From the NCBI GenBank assembly GCA_965153285.1, contig OZ229121.1: DNA of 64,000 nucleotides. One strand, written 5' to 3'. Source of the DNA: Podarcis tiliguerta (taxonomy: Eukaryota). Numbering within the stretch: the stretch's first letter is position 1; each line of letters begins with the position of its first letter. Of this stretch, positions 13,044 through 23,537 are shown one piece after another. Below the pieces are notes generated by a model that saw only the letters and a program-made list of their open reading frames with translations, was not told the origin of the DNA and did not search any database. The position numbers were made by a program, and so were the translations under genes.

Positions 13044-15395
13044 CCGTATTTTTCGTCCCATAGGACGCTCCGTCCCATAGGACGCACCTACTTTTTGGGG
13101 GGGGAAAGAAAGGAAAAAAATTTTTCCATTTATTTCCCCCCCAAAACCAGGTCGGGGAACAGTGGGATGGCGGCGCTGCGCCTCCCCGCTGTCCCCCGAC
13201 CTTGTGGGGCTGGCCGATGTCTGCCTGGCGCCAGGGCGCTCTGCTGCAGGGCGCCCCATGCGCCGGGCGGCAGCTGCCGCCCGCAAGCCTTGCGCGCCGG
13301 GGGGAGTTCTCCCCCGGTGCGCGAGGCTTGCTGGCACTTGCGCGAAGCACGGGGCGTCCTCCGAAGGGCGCCCCGTGTCCCGCGCTGCAGGCTGCCGCCG
13401 CAAGCCTTGCGCGCGGGGGGGGAGTTCTCCCCCGGTGCGCGAGGCTTGCTGGCACTTGCGCGAAGCACGGGGCGTCCTCCGAAGGGCGCCCCGTGTCCCG
13501 CGCTGCAGGCTGCCGCCGCAAGCCTTGCGCGCGGGGGGGGAGTTCTCCCCCGGTGCGGAAGGCTTGCGGACACTTGCGCGAAGCACGGGGCGTCCTCCGA
13601 AGGGCGCCCCGTGTTCCGCACTGCAGGCTGCCGTCCGCAAGCCTTGCGCGCCGGGGGGGGAGTTCTCCCCCGGTGCGGAAGGCTTGCGGACACTTGCGCG
13701 AAGCACGGGGCGTCCTCCGAAGGGCGCCCCGTGTTCCGCGCTGCAGGCTGCCGCCGGCAAGCCTTGCGCGCCGGGGGGGAGTTCTCCCCCGGTGCGCGAG
13801 GCTTGCTGGCACTTGCGCGAAGCACGGGGAGTCCTCCGAAGGGCGCCCCGTGTTCCGCGCTGCAGGCTGCCGCCGGCAAGCCTTGCGCGCCGGGGGGGAG
13901 TTCTCCCCCGGTGCGCGAGGCTTGCTGGCACTTGCGCGAAGCACGGGGAGTCCTCCGAAGGGCGCCCCGTGTTCCGCGCTGCAGGCTGCCGCCGGCAAGC
14001 CTTGCGCGCCGGGGGGGAGTTCTCCCCCGGTGCGCGAGGCTTGCTGGCACTTGCGCGAAGCACGGGGAGTCCTCCGAAGGGCGCCCCGTGTTCCGCGCTG
14101 CAGGCTGCCGCCGGCAAGCCTTGCGCACCGGGGGGGAGTTCTCCCCCGGTGCGCGAGGCTTGCTGGCACTTGCGCGAAGCACGGGGCGTCCTCCGAAGGG
14201 CGCCCCGTGTCCCGCGCTGCAGGCTGCCGCCGCAAGCCTTGCGCGCGGGGGGGGAGTTCTCCCCCGGTGCGCGAGGCTTGCTGGCACTTGCGCGAAGCAC
14301 GGGGCGTCCTCCGAAGGGCGCCCCGTGTCCCGCGCTGCAGGCTGCCGCCGCAAGCCTTGCGCGCGGGGGGGGAGTTCTCCCCCGGTGCGGAAGGCTTGCG
14401 GACACTTGCGCGAAGCACGGGGCGTCCTCCGAAGGGCGCCCCGTGTTCCGCACTGCAGGCTGCCGTCCGCAAGCCTTGCGCGCCGGGGGGGGAGTTCTCC
14501 CCCGGTGCGGAAGGCTTGCGGACACTTGCGCGAAGCACGGGGCGTCCTCCGAAGGGCGCCCCGTGTTCCGCGCTGCAGGCTGCCGCCGGCAAGCCTTGCG
14601 CGCCGGGGGGGAGTTCTCCCCCGGTGCGCGAGGCTTGCTGGCACTTGCGCGAAGCACGGGGAGTCCTCCGAAGGGCGCCCCGTGTTCCGCGCTGCAGGCT
14701 GCCGCCGGCAAGCCTTGCGCGCCGGGGGGGAGTTCTCCCCCGGTGCGCGAGGCTTGCTGGCACTTGCGCGAAGCACGGGGAGTCCTCCGAAGGGCGCCCC
14801 GTGTTCCGCGCTGCAGGCTGCCGCCGGCAAGCCTTGCGCGCCGGGGGGGAGTTCTCCCCCGGTGCGCGAGGCTTGCTGGCACTTGCGCGAAGCACGGGGA
14901 GTCCTCCGAAGGGCGCCCCGTGTTCCGCGCTGCAGGCTGCCGCCGGCAAGCCTTGCGCACCGGGGGGGAGTTCTCCCCCGGTGCGCGAGGCTTGCTGGCA
15001 CTTGCGCGAAGCACGGGGAGTCCTCCGAAGGGCGCCCCGTGTTCCGCGCTGCAGGCTGCCGCCGGCAAGCCTTGCGCGCCGGGGGGGAGTTCTCCCCCGG
15101 TGCGCGAGGCTTGCTGGCACTTGCGCGAAGCATGGGGAGTCCTCCGAAGGGCGCCCCGTGTTCCGCGCTGCAGGCTGCCGCCCGCAAGCCTTGCGAGCCC
15201 AGGGGAACTCCCCCCAGGTGCGCAAGGCTTGCAGATAGCTTCCTGGAGCCTGGAGAGCAAGAGGTGTCGGTGCGCACCGACGCCTCTCACTCTCCAGGCT
15301 TCCGCGAAAGCCTGCATTCGCCCCATAGGACGCACACACATTTCCCCTTCATTTTTGGAGGGGAAAAAGTGCGTCTTATAGGGCGAAAAATACGG
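13044..15395 (-). mobile_element. Non-autonomous Tc2/pogo-like (TcMar) DNA transposon, copy 1, with internal 119-bp tandem array
   Basis: TA|ccgtatttttcgtcccataggacgc ... gcgtcttatagggcgaaaaatacgg|TA; CCGTA termini with TA TSD are Tc2-type; no transposase ORF; strand given relative to copy 2. Confidence 0.9.
13283..15183. repeat. GC-rich tandem array, 16 units of 117-120 bp (mode 119), two hairpins per unit
   Basis: Unit gcaagccttgcgcgccgggggggagttctcccccggtgcgcgaggcttgctggcacttgcgcgaagcacgggg(c/a)gtcctccgaagggcgccccgtgttccgcgctgcaggctgccgccg; ~75% GC by hand count. Confidence 0.97.
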
Positions 15396-15708
15396 TATAT
15401 CTTCTTAAGGGTGCTGAGAACTGCAGCTCTGTGAGCGGCAAAATACAGCTCCCAGATTCTTGAAAGAGATGTGTTTTTAAAGTCCTTTGCATGGTGCATA
15501 TGCAGCCCCAGTGTGTTGGATGACTCAATTCAAAGTGCTTTCAAGTCCTTAACTCTGAAATAGGGAGTTCCCTGACTTCCAACAGGCCATGATGTCATTT
15601 TTCCTTTGCAGAGGAATGTGGGTTCTAGCCATGCTGCAAAAAAAAGATCCAAGCCAATCCAAGCCAGACTTGAAGTCACTGCCAAATAACTGATCACCAC
15701 TATCTACT

Positions 15709-16010
15709 ACAGCCTTGCCGTACTCCTTTCCCAATTTTAAACCAATCAGTTGTTCCATATCCAGTTCTAACTGTAGCTTCTTGTCCCACATAGAGATTTC
15801 TCAGGAGACAGATGAGGTGATCAGGGACTCCCATTTCTTTAAGAACTTGCCATAGCTTGCTGTGGTTGACACAGTCAAAGGCTTTTGCATAGTCAATGAA
15901 GCAGAAGTAGATGTCTTTCTGGAACTCTCTAGCTTTCTCCATAATCCAGCACACGTTTGCAATTTGGTCTCTGGTTCCTCTGCCTCTTCTAAATCCAGCT
16001 TGCACTTCTG
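15709..16010 (-). mobile_element. Bov-B (RTE) LINE reverse transcriptase fragment
   Basis: QAGFRRGRGTRDQIAN...FCFIDYAKAFDCV...GVPDHLICLLRNLY.GQEATVRTG.GTTDWFKIGKGVRQGC. Confidence 0.95.
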
Positions 16011-17275
16011 ATCAGTTATGCATCCTCAAAAGAATTTTGCAATGCACCCTGATCATTTGTGATTTTAAAAATGGTGGAAGCGAGACCTAGCGGCTGGCAC
16101 AAAAGGGCTTGGACTCACTCCCCCCCCCCCAAAAAAAAAAAACAACCAACAAGCACCCACAACATTTCTGCACTCTGGACTGGGCAGACATGCAATGCTG
16201 AGGAATTGGCAACTATTACAAGCTTAGGGGAAAATTTATAGGGTCGATGTAGAGCATTCATATCCTTGATGAAACAGTGGCTGACTAACTTTCAGAAGAA
16301 CCCACATACATACATACACAATTTCCCTGGAAGTCTGTGCCATGGTAGAGAAAGTTATGCATTGTTGAGAATTGCAAGTGTGCAAGACACACACACACAC
16401 ATTATATGTCTCCAGTCCTTGATCTTTCTAAGCCAAAAAAGAGACATGTAGGCAATATTCCACCTAAGCTCATCAAGAAGGAAACCTCATGCCTTCAAGT
16501 GCTCCAGCCAATAGTTGCAAAATAAATGAATGACTGCAGCTTTTAAATTCTTAGCATTTTATATTTATTGCATGGTATTGTGTTGCTGGTAGTAATATCA
16601 CATGGGTTTTCATGATGGTTCTGTGCTTAGCCTGCATGCTTTCAAAATGGATAGCAAGAATCCTTAAGGAATGAGTAGATAAGCAAGATTTCACACACAC
16701 AATGTTTTCATATCATTTTGGACAGAATAAGTGCTATATTCACTGTTTGCGCTTCTCCAATACACAGAGATCTCTCTGCCTCATTATGCACAGCACTGCA
16801 GAAACAAGGAGGGGAACCCATGTACTTCAAGCACCTCAATCAAAAGCCTTAATATAGTTCGGAAACACTGACTTCTGTGATTTCATTCCAATTTCCACTG
16901 CACAAACGCCACATTAAGAATTTCACGGGAAACTGGGTGTAGGGAGGACTGGGAAGGAGAGCAAAGTGCCTCATTTTAGAACACCTTTATGCAGAAACAG
17001 AATTTCAACAGGAAAGCAGAGAACAGGTTTGGTTTTCCATTGGATTAGCCCACCACCATGGCACTATCTCTCTAACCAATCTAGACCCTACTTTAATGTG
17101 AACATAGGTGCATGCACACATGTGTGAAAGAATAGCTACCTTTCATTTCAGCATTCAGTTAGAGAAATATACTGCATAATAATCCAGAGGTAGTGTAATG
17201 TGGAAGCAAAGAGAGTGAGCCATGCATCAAAAAGTCTCTGGGTAAGAGATTCCCTGTGCTAAGGGCTTTGTAAAC

Positions 17276-18449
17276 CAGGCATAGGCAAACTCAGCCCTCC
17301 AGATGTTTTGAGACTACAGTTCCCATCAACCCTGACCACTGGCCCTGTTAATAATAATAATAATAATAATAATATCTTTATTGTCATTGCCCCCTTCGGG
17401 GACAACGAAATTACCTGGCTGCTCCATAAAAACACTAATTAAAAAATATAGTAAAATACAGCAAAGGAGATTTGATGACTTTCAAAGTCCGGGCTTCCCA
17501 TTCAGGGCCGAGATCGCTCTGGAGAAGAAGCTGTTCTTAAGACGGCTCGTTCTTGTCTTCATCGTCCTGTATCTCCGTCCCGACGGCAAGAGCTCGAAGA
17601 GACAGTGACCAGGATGCGATGGATCTTTTACTATGTCCAGTGCCTTCCTATGGCACCTTGTGGCATAAATCTGCTCTAAGGTGGAGAGTGGGCAGCCAAC
17701 AATGCTCTCTGCTGCCTTCACAACCCTGCGCAACCCCATCCTGTCCTGGGTAGTACAGCTTCCGTACCACACACATAAGCCATAAGTAAGCACGCTCTCA
17801 ATGGCACAGTGATAGAAGGCAAGCAGCAGTTTCTGCGGAAGATGGTTTTTCCTTAGTATTCTCAAAAAATACAGTCTCTGCTGCGCCTTCTTCACAAGCC
17901 CTCTTGTGTTGACACTCCAGGACAGATCCTCTTGTAACTCAATGCCCAAAAATCTGAACGTTGTTACCCTCTCCACACAGACCCCATCAATCAAAAGTGG
18001 CTGGACATTGCTCTTCTGTCTCCTAAAGTCCACCACAAGTTCCTTTGTCTTCCTTGTATTTATGAGCAAGTTGTTAGCTCTGCACCACTCTGTCAGCCGC
18101 TCCACCTCATCTCTATAATCCATTTCACCCTCCCTTTCAGAGATGAGCCCAATCACGGTTGTGTCATCTGCAAATTTGACAACCCTATTACTAGGGTGAG
18201 TAGCGACACAATCGTACGTGTAAAGAATATAAAGGAGCGGACTGAGTACACATCCCTGTGGTGTTCCTATGTTAGTTTTAAGCATATTAGAGGTATAAGG
18301 GCCCAACCGAACCCTCTGGGGGCGGTCTGACAAAAAGTCCAATATCCACCCACAAAGTGATAATGGAAGCCCCAGATCTTCCAGTTTAGCTAGGGATGAT
18401 GGGAGTTGTAGTCCCAAAACATCTGGAGGGCCGAGTTTGCCTATGCCTG
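17276..18449. mobile_element. URR1-like hAT MITE split by Rex1 insertion (halves 17276-17350 and ~18387-18449)
   Basis: TIRs caggcataggcaaact / agtttgcctatgcctg; 8-bp TSD ttgtaaac / tcgtaaac. Confidence 0.9.
17351..18386 (-). mobile_element. 5'-truncated Rex1/Babar-clade LINE (RT C-terminal half, 3' UTR, (ATT)n tail)
   Basis: WILDFLSDRPQRVR, GTPQGCVLSPLLY, KFADDTTVIGLI, KKAQQRLYFLR, DPSHPGHCLFELLPSGRRYR; stop at 17482; 3' stem-loop, AATAAA and (ATT)n tail. Confidence 0.9.
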
Positions 18450-18607
18450 TCGTAAACCAGTATCACTAGGCTTGTGAATATGGAGAAAACAACAGTGTCC
18501 CAAGCAGAGGGGGTAGAATTAAGGATCACTGAGATAAACATCTGTGAAACATCTGTATATGTAAAACACACAGCATATGAATGCTGAAGTATTATTATAA
18601 TCATTCA

Positions 18608-18730
18608 CTTATCAATCAATCAGTCATCTTATTTGTATGCCGCCTTTCCAAAGCTAAATCATGTTCAAGGTACCTGACAACTTATTAAAAAATTACATAA
18701 TTACAAACATAGCAAAAGTGGAAATAAACA
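18608..18730 (-). mobile_element. L2-like 3' end with (ATTG)n tail; related copy at 62957-63080
   Basis: atcaatcaatc...ttatttgtatgccgcctttcc...aaaaaattacat.attacaaacata shared with 62957-63080. Confidence 0.55.
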
Positions 18731-20005
18731 ATAAACATCAAAAAGTACACAACCAAACTGAACAGTTTCCACATAAATCATAAGAATATCATAAGAATAT
18801 AATATTATTATTATTATTAATAATAGCCTCCCCTCCACGAAACAAGACCCCCTAAACATTATCCTAGCTCAAGCCCAGCACCCTCAGCTTTTTGTAGTTG
18901 GAGTCAGTCAGGGCCCCACCCTCCCAGGTCAGGTGGGGAAAGGCCTGCAAAGCAGGCAGCAGTCTTCCAGAACTCACAGCCAAGATGGTCTCTGGACTCT
19001 GGATGGTCTCTGGCAGCCTCAGCTTCTGCAGCTGGAGTCAGGGCCTAGTCTTAGGCTCAGTCAAGGGGAAATTTGAATATGAATTTGAAACCAGCTGTGA
19101 CATTCAGTTAATGAGCATAATCTGTATCCCTTCTAGACAATAAGTATGGTTTGGGATGTAAAACGGGATAATTCAAGACTGTGCAGCCACAATTTTAATA
19201 GGAGCTGTACATCATTTGCAAGTACTGAAACTTTTTGCCTCAGAAAACGCAATTTCATGTTTTCTACAGAAGTATCCCACGCAAATGATTCACAATTGCT
19301 TTCCATTTTTATTGCTTATTAATTGTACTGTCCCAATTTTATATTCTTCCTCCTCTGTAACTGACTGTTGGAAAGGTACAGCCAATGAGACCCTGTAATG
19401 GCAGCCAAATTAGTTTCCACTGCACTTCATAGGCGGACAGAGCCAAGTTGAAAAGTGATTCTAACTATGCCCACAATATAAAACTTCATACAATGTAGCC
19501 AGAAGCAACACAAGCTGTTTGATCCTTGCTTTGTGGGGAGAAGGACAAAAATGCAAGCCACAGTCATCTCTCCCAATTTCATGCTTTGGGGAGAAATGTT
19601 GTTGAGCTAGTAAAAAGGCATGAAGAAACACTTGGGAACATACTCTGTATGCTTTAAGGAACAAAACTGGTGGGGAGGGGGCTGGCTAAATCTTGTTCTC
19701 AAAAGTGTTGCTGAAATGTGTACACCATCCTCCCTGATCAACAAGAACATTGGTCTTAAAAAGAGCACAATAGCAGTGAAACAACAAAATATCTAAAAGC
19801 AATCACACACTCTCAGAGCTAATAATTTCTGTTCCAGGGACAGAAACTTTCAACCATCAGATGCCTGGGTAAACAGGGAGGGCATAAAAAAAAAACCAGG
19901 GACCCACCACTGAAAAGACCCTGTCACCAACCAGGTAGCAGCAATTGTCCCCGCCCCCTCTTTTGCTTATGCTAGAAGGTATTCAATGTCAACCCAAGAT
20001 ATTTA

Positions 20006-21683
20006 CCGTATTTTTCGCCCTATAGGACGCACTTTTTCCCCTCCAAAAATGAAGGGGAAATCTGGGTGCGTCCTATGGGGCGAATGCAGGCTTCGCGGAC
20101 CTCTCCGCAAACAGCAGGAGCGCTCCCGCTGCTGGCGGAGAGGTGCCTGCATGCTGAAGCCTGCGTGCGCTGAGCTCAGCGCGCCCAGGCTTCGCGGACC
20201 TCTCCGCTAGCAGCGGGAACGCTCCCGCTGCTGGCGGAGACGTGCCTGCATGCTGAAGCCTGCGTGCGCTGAGCTCAGCGCGCCCAGGCTTCGCGGACCT
20301 CTCCGCTAGCAGCGGGAACGCTCCCGCTGCTGGCGGAGACGTGCCTGCATGCCGAAGCCTGCGCGCGCTGAGCTCAGCGCGCCCAGGCTTCGCGGACCTC
20401 TCCGCTAGCAGCGGGAGCGCTCCCGCTGCTGGCGGAGAGGTGCCTGCATGCCGAAGCCTGCGCGCGCTGAGCTCAGCGCGCCCAGGCTTCGCGGACCTCT
20501 CCGCCAGCAGCGGGAACGCTCCCGCTGCTGGCGGAGAGGTGCCTGCATGCCGAAGCCTGCGCGCGCTGACCTCAGCGCGCCCAGGCTTCGCGGACCTCTC
20601 CGCTAGCAGCGGGAACGCTCCCGCTGCTGGCGGAGACGTGCCTGCATGCCGAAGCCTGCGCGCGCTGAGCTCAGCGCGCCCAGGCTTCGCGGACCTCTCC
20701 GCTAGCAGCGGGAACGCTCCCGCTGCTGGCGGAGACGTGCCTGCATGCCGAAGCCCGCGCGCGCTGAGCTCAGCGCGCCCAGGCTTCGCGGACCTCTCCG
20801 CCAGCAGCGGGAACGCTCCCGCTGCTGGCGGAGAGGTGCCTGCATGCGGAAGCCTGCGCGCGCTGAGCTCAGCGCGCCCAGGCTTCGCGGACCTCTCCGC
20901 TAGCAGCGGGAACGCTCCCGCTGCTGGCGGAGACGTGCCTGCATGCGGAAGCCTGCGCGCGCTGAGCTCAGCGCGCCCAGGCTTCGCGGACCTCTCCGCT
21001 AGCAGCGGGAACGCTCCCGCTGCTGGCGGAGACGTGCCTGCATGCCGAAGCCTGCGCGCGCTGAGCTCAGCGCGCCCAGGCTTCGCGGACCTCTCCGCTA
21101 GCAGCGGGAACGCTCCCGCTGCTGGCGGAGACGTGCCTGCATGCCGAAGCCTGCGCGCGCTGAGCTCAGCGCGCCCAGGCTTCGCGGACCTCTCCGCTAG
21201 CAGCGGGAACGCTCCCGCTGCTGGCGGAGACGTGCCTGCATGCCGAAGCCTGCGCGCGCTGAGCTCAGCGCGCCCAGGCTTCGCGGACCTCTCCGCTAGC
21301 AGCGGGAACGCTCCCGCTGCTGGCGGAGAGGTGCCTGCATGCCGAAGCCTGCGCGCGCTGAGCTCAGCGCGCCCAGGCTTCGCGGACCTCTCCGCTAGCA
21401 GCGGGAGCGCTCCCGCTGCTGGCGGAGACGTGCCTGCATGCCGAAGCCTGCGCGCGCTGAGCTCAGCGCGCACAGGCTTCGCGGACCTCTCCGCTAGCAG
21501 CGGGAGCCAGCACTGGGCTCCCACGGCTTGCAGAGAGCTGCCTGTTTGGGGGCTGGGGTCGGGGGAAGCTCGGGCTTCCCCAACCCCGCGCCTGGGGGGG
21601 AAATAATTTTTTTCCTTTATTTCCCCCCCAAAAAACTAGGTGCGCCTTATGGGACGGTGCGTCCTATAGGGCGAAAAATACGG
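20006..21683 (+). mobile_element. Non-autonomous Tc2/pogo-like (TcMar) DNA transposon, copy 2, with internal 99-bp tandem array
   Basis: Perfect 27-bp TIR ccgtatttttcgccctataggacgcac / gtgcgtcctatagggcgaaaaatacgg, TA on both sides; both subterminal regions match copy 1 in reverse complement. Confidence 0.92.
20088..21507. repeat. GC-rich tandem array, 14 full plus 1 partial 99-bp palindromic units
   Basis: Unit aggcttcgcggacctctccgctagcagcgggaacgctcccgctgctggcggagacgtgcctgcatgccgaagcctgcgcgcgctgagctcagcgcgccc; ~73% GC by hand count. Confidence 0.97.
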
Positions 21684-22832
21684 TAGCTGCCTGAAGCATT
21701 ATTCAGATGGTGCTAATTCTGCCTTAGGAAGAGCCGAAATGAATCTCCTTCCCTGCTGCAAATATGAATACTAGTCTCGCTGCATCATCCAGAAGCCAAT
21801 TCCTACCTTCATGTATTGTTTCCTCCATGGTGCCAGAGAGAGCAGGATGTTGCATAGCATGGGTAGCCCTGAAAGCATTATTGCTGCATAAACCACAGCT
21901 TCCCCAACCAGCCTTACACAGATGGCATTATAGTACACATGTGTAGGACGAGGGTGCAATGCAACAAATCTAAACACACATATCTGGAAGCTGCACTAAA
22001 AGAACTTATAGCTCATGCTTGGCATGAATGAAGGGCAGGGTTCAATCCTTGGAATTTCCTTGAATAATAGGCCAAGAAAGACCTATTTGAGAGTTGTCAG
22101 TCAGAACAAGCTATGGCTTCTGGTCCCGCCTGCCTTAATGGGGACAGCTCCCACAACAGCAGGGGATCATTGGCAAATGAAAAAGAAGAATAGCAGAGGG
22201 TAAATCATCCTTGCAAATTTCCCCAGGGATGGGGAATAGGCTTCACTCTCAGTCCATCTCTGTACCTGGCTCTCGCTCTGGCATGGAAAGGGAGGCGCCG
22301 AGTGCAAAAGCACTTCGCTTGGCGAAAACCGTCCTACTACCACCATTAAGAAGCAGAGACTCTCTGTTTATTTGGATATTTAATTGGCTTTAAAATACTG
22401 GCATGTGATGGAAAAGGGTTGCAACAACATACTGCCAAATATGCCAGCTACATGGATCAAAGGTTTGAACTGAGATAAGATTTTATTTGGCGTGAGAGTC
22501 GGTTCGGGAGAGGGAAGCCCGTGGTTTGTTTATTCTAAGCTTCTTTTATATATTTATGATTCGGCAACCCTCTCCAGAATATAAGATAAAAAGATATTTA
22601 CAAGTGAAGAAGGGACATTGGAGTAGTATTGCTATTAGCAAGCAAAAATGGAAACTGTGTGTGATCTAAAATGAAGGAGGGGGAGGGGAAGCTGAAGTAC
22701 GACTGTGTTGGAAAGAGAGAGTCATTCCCCTCACCTCTGTTTAAAAACAACAGACAAGGAAAAAGAGACTGAGATTTGTGCGTGCTACTGACAGAATGTA
22801 ATCTAAGATAAAGATTAATTGGGCCATACATC

Positions 22833-23537
22833 TCATAGAATCATAGAATCATAGAATCATAGAATCATAGAATCATAGAGTTGGAAGAGACCACAAGGGC
22901 CATCGAGTCCAACCCCCTGCCAAGCAGGAAACACCATCAGAGCACTCCTGACATATGGTTGTCAAGCCTCTGCTTAAAGACCTCCAAAGAAGGAGACTCC
23001 ACCACACTCCTTGGCAGCAAATTCCACTGTCGAACAGCTCTTACTGTCAGGAAGTTCTTCCTAATGTTTAGGTGGAATCTTCTTTCTTGTAGTTTGGATC
23101 CATTGCTCCGTGTCCGCTTCTCTGGAGCAGCAGAAAACAATCTTTCTCCCTCCTCTATGTGACATCCTTTTATATATTTGAACATGGCTATCATATCACC
23201 CCTTAACCTCCTCTTCTCCAGGCTAAACATGCCCAGCTCCCTTAGCCGTTCCTCATAAGGCATCGTTTCCAGGCCTTTGACCATTTTGGTTGCCCTCCTC
23301 TGGACACGTTCCAGTTTGTCAGTGTCCTTCTTGAACTGTGGTGCCCAGAACTGGACACAGTACTCCAGGTGAGGTCTGACCAGAGCAGAATACAGTGGCA
23401 CTATTACTTCCCTTGATCTAGATGCTATACTCCTATTGATGCAGCCCAGAATTGCATTGGCTTTTTTAGCTGCCGCGTCACACTGTTGGCTCATGTCAAG
23501 TTTGTGGTCAACCAAGACTCCTAGATCCTTTTCACAT
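22833..23537 (-). mobile_element. Young 5'-truncated CR1 LINE (ORF2 C-terminus, 3' UTR, (ATTCTATG)n tail)
   Basis: EKDLGVLVD...[12 protein letters not shown]...[19 protein letters not shown]...[12 protein letters not shown]...LEKRRLRGD...WNLLP; (catagaat)n at 22833-22878. Confidence 0.95.

Larger units (their letters stand above)
12990..15508. mobile_element. Older palindromic MITE split by the Tc2-like element (halves ~12990-13043 and 15396-15508)
   Basis: Ends gctgtgtacacccca / tggtgcatatgcagccc; internal 'aagggtgctgagaactgcagctctgtgag...tacagctcccagattct' typical of a common lizard MITE. Confidence 0.5.

Noticed and set aside
12874-15434. Six overlapping 678-821 aa ORFs in all frames
   Set aside because: The 119-bp GC-rich unit lacks stop codons on both strands. 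Unit lengths vary by non-multiples of 3 and every frame cycles through the same peptides. No domain or transposase motif.
18387-18417. N-terminus MGLQLPSSLA of the 311-aa ORF
   Set aside because: Derived from the flanking MITE read in frame with the truncated Rex1; not a genuine start
13283-21507. CRISPR array or hammerhead retrozyme interpretation of the arrays
   Set aside because: Eukaryotic context, no unique spacers, no cas genes, and no CTGANGA…GAAA hammerhead core in either unit
20073-21606. 483- and 421-aa ORFs with 33-aa repeats
   Set aside because: A product of the 99-bp palindromic unit inside a MITE; open on both strands; no coding signature
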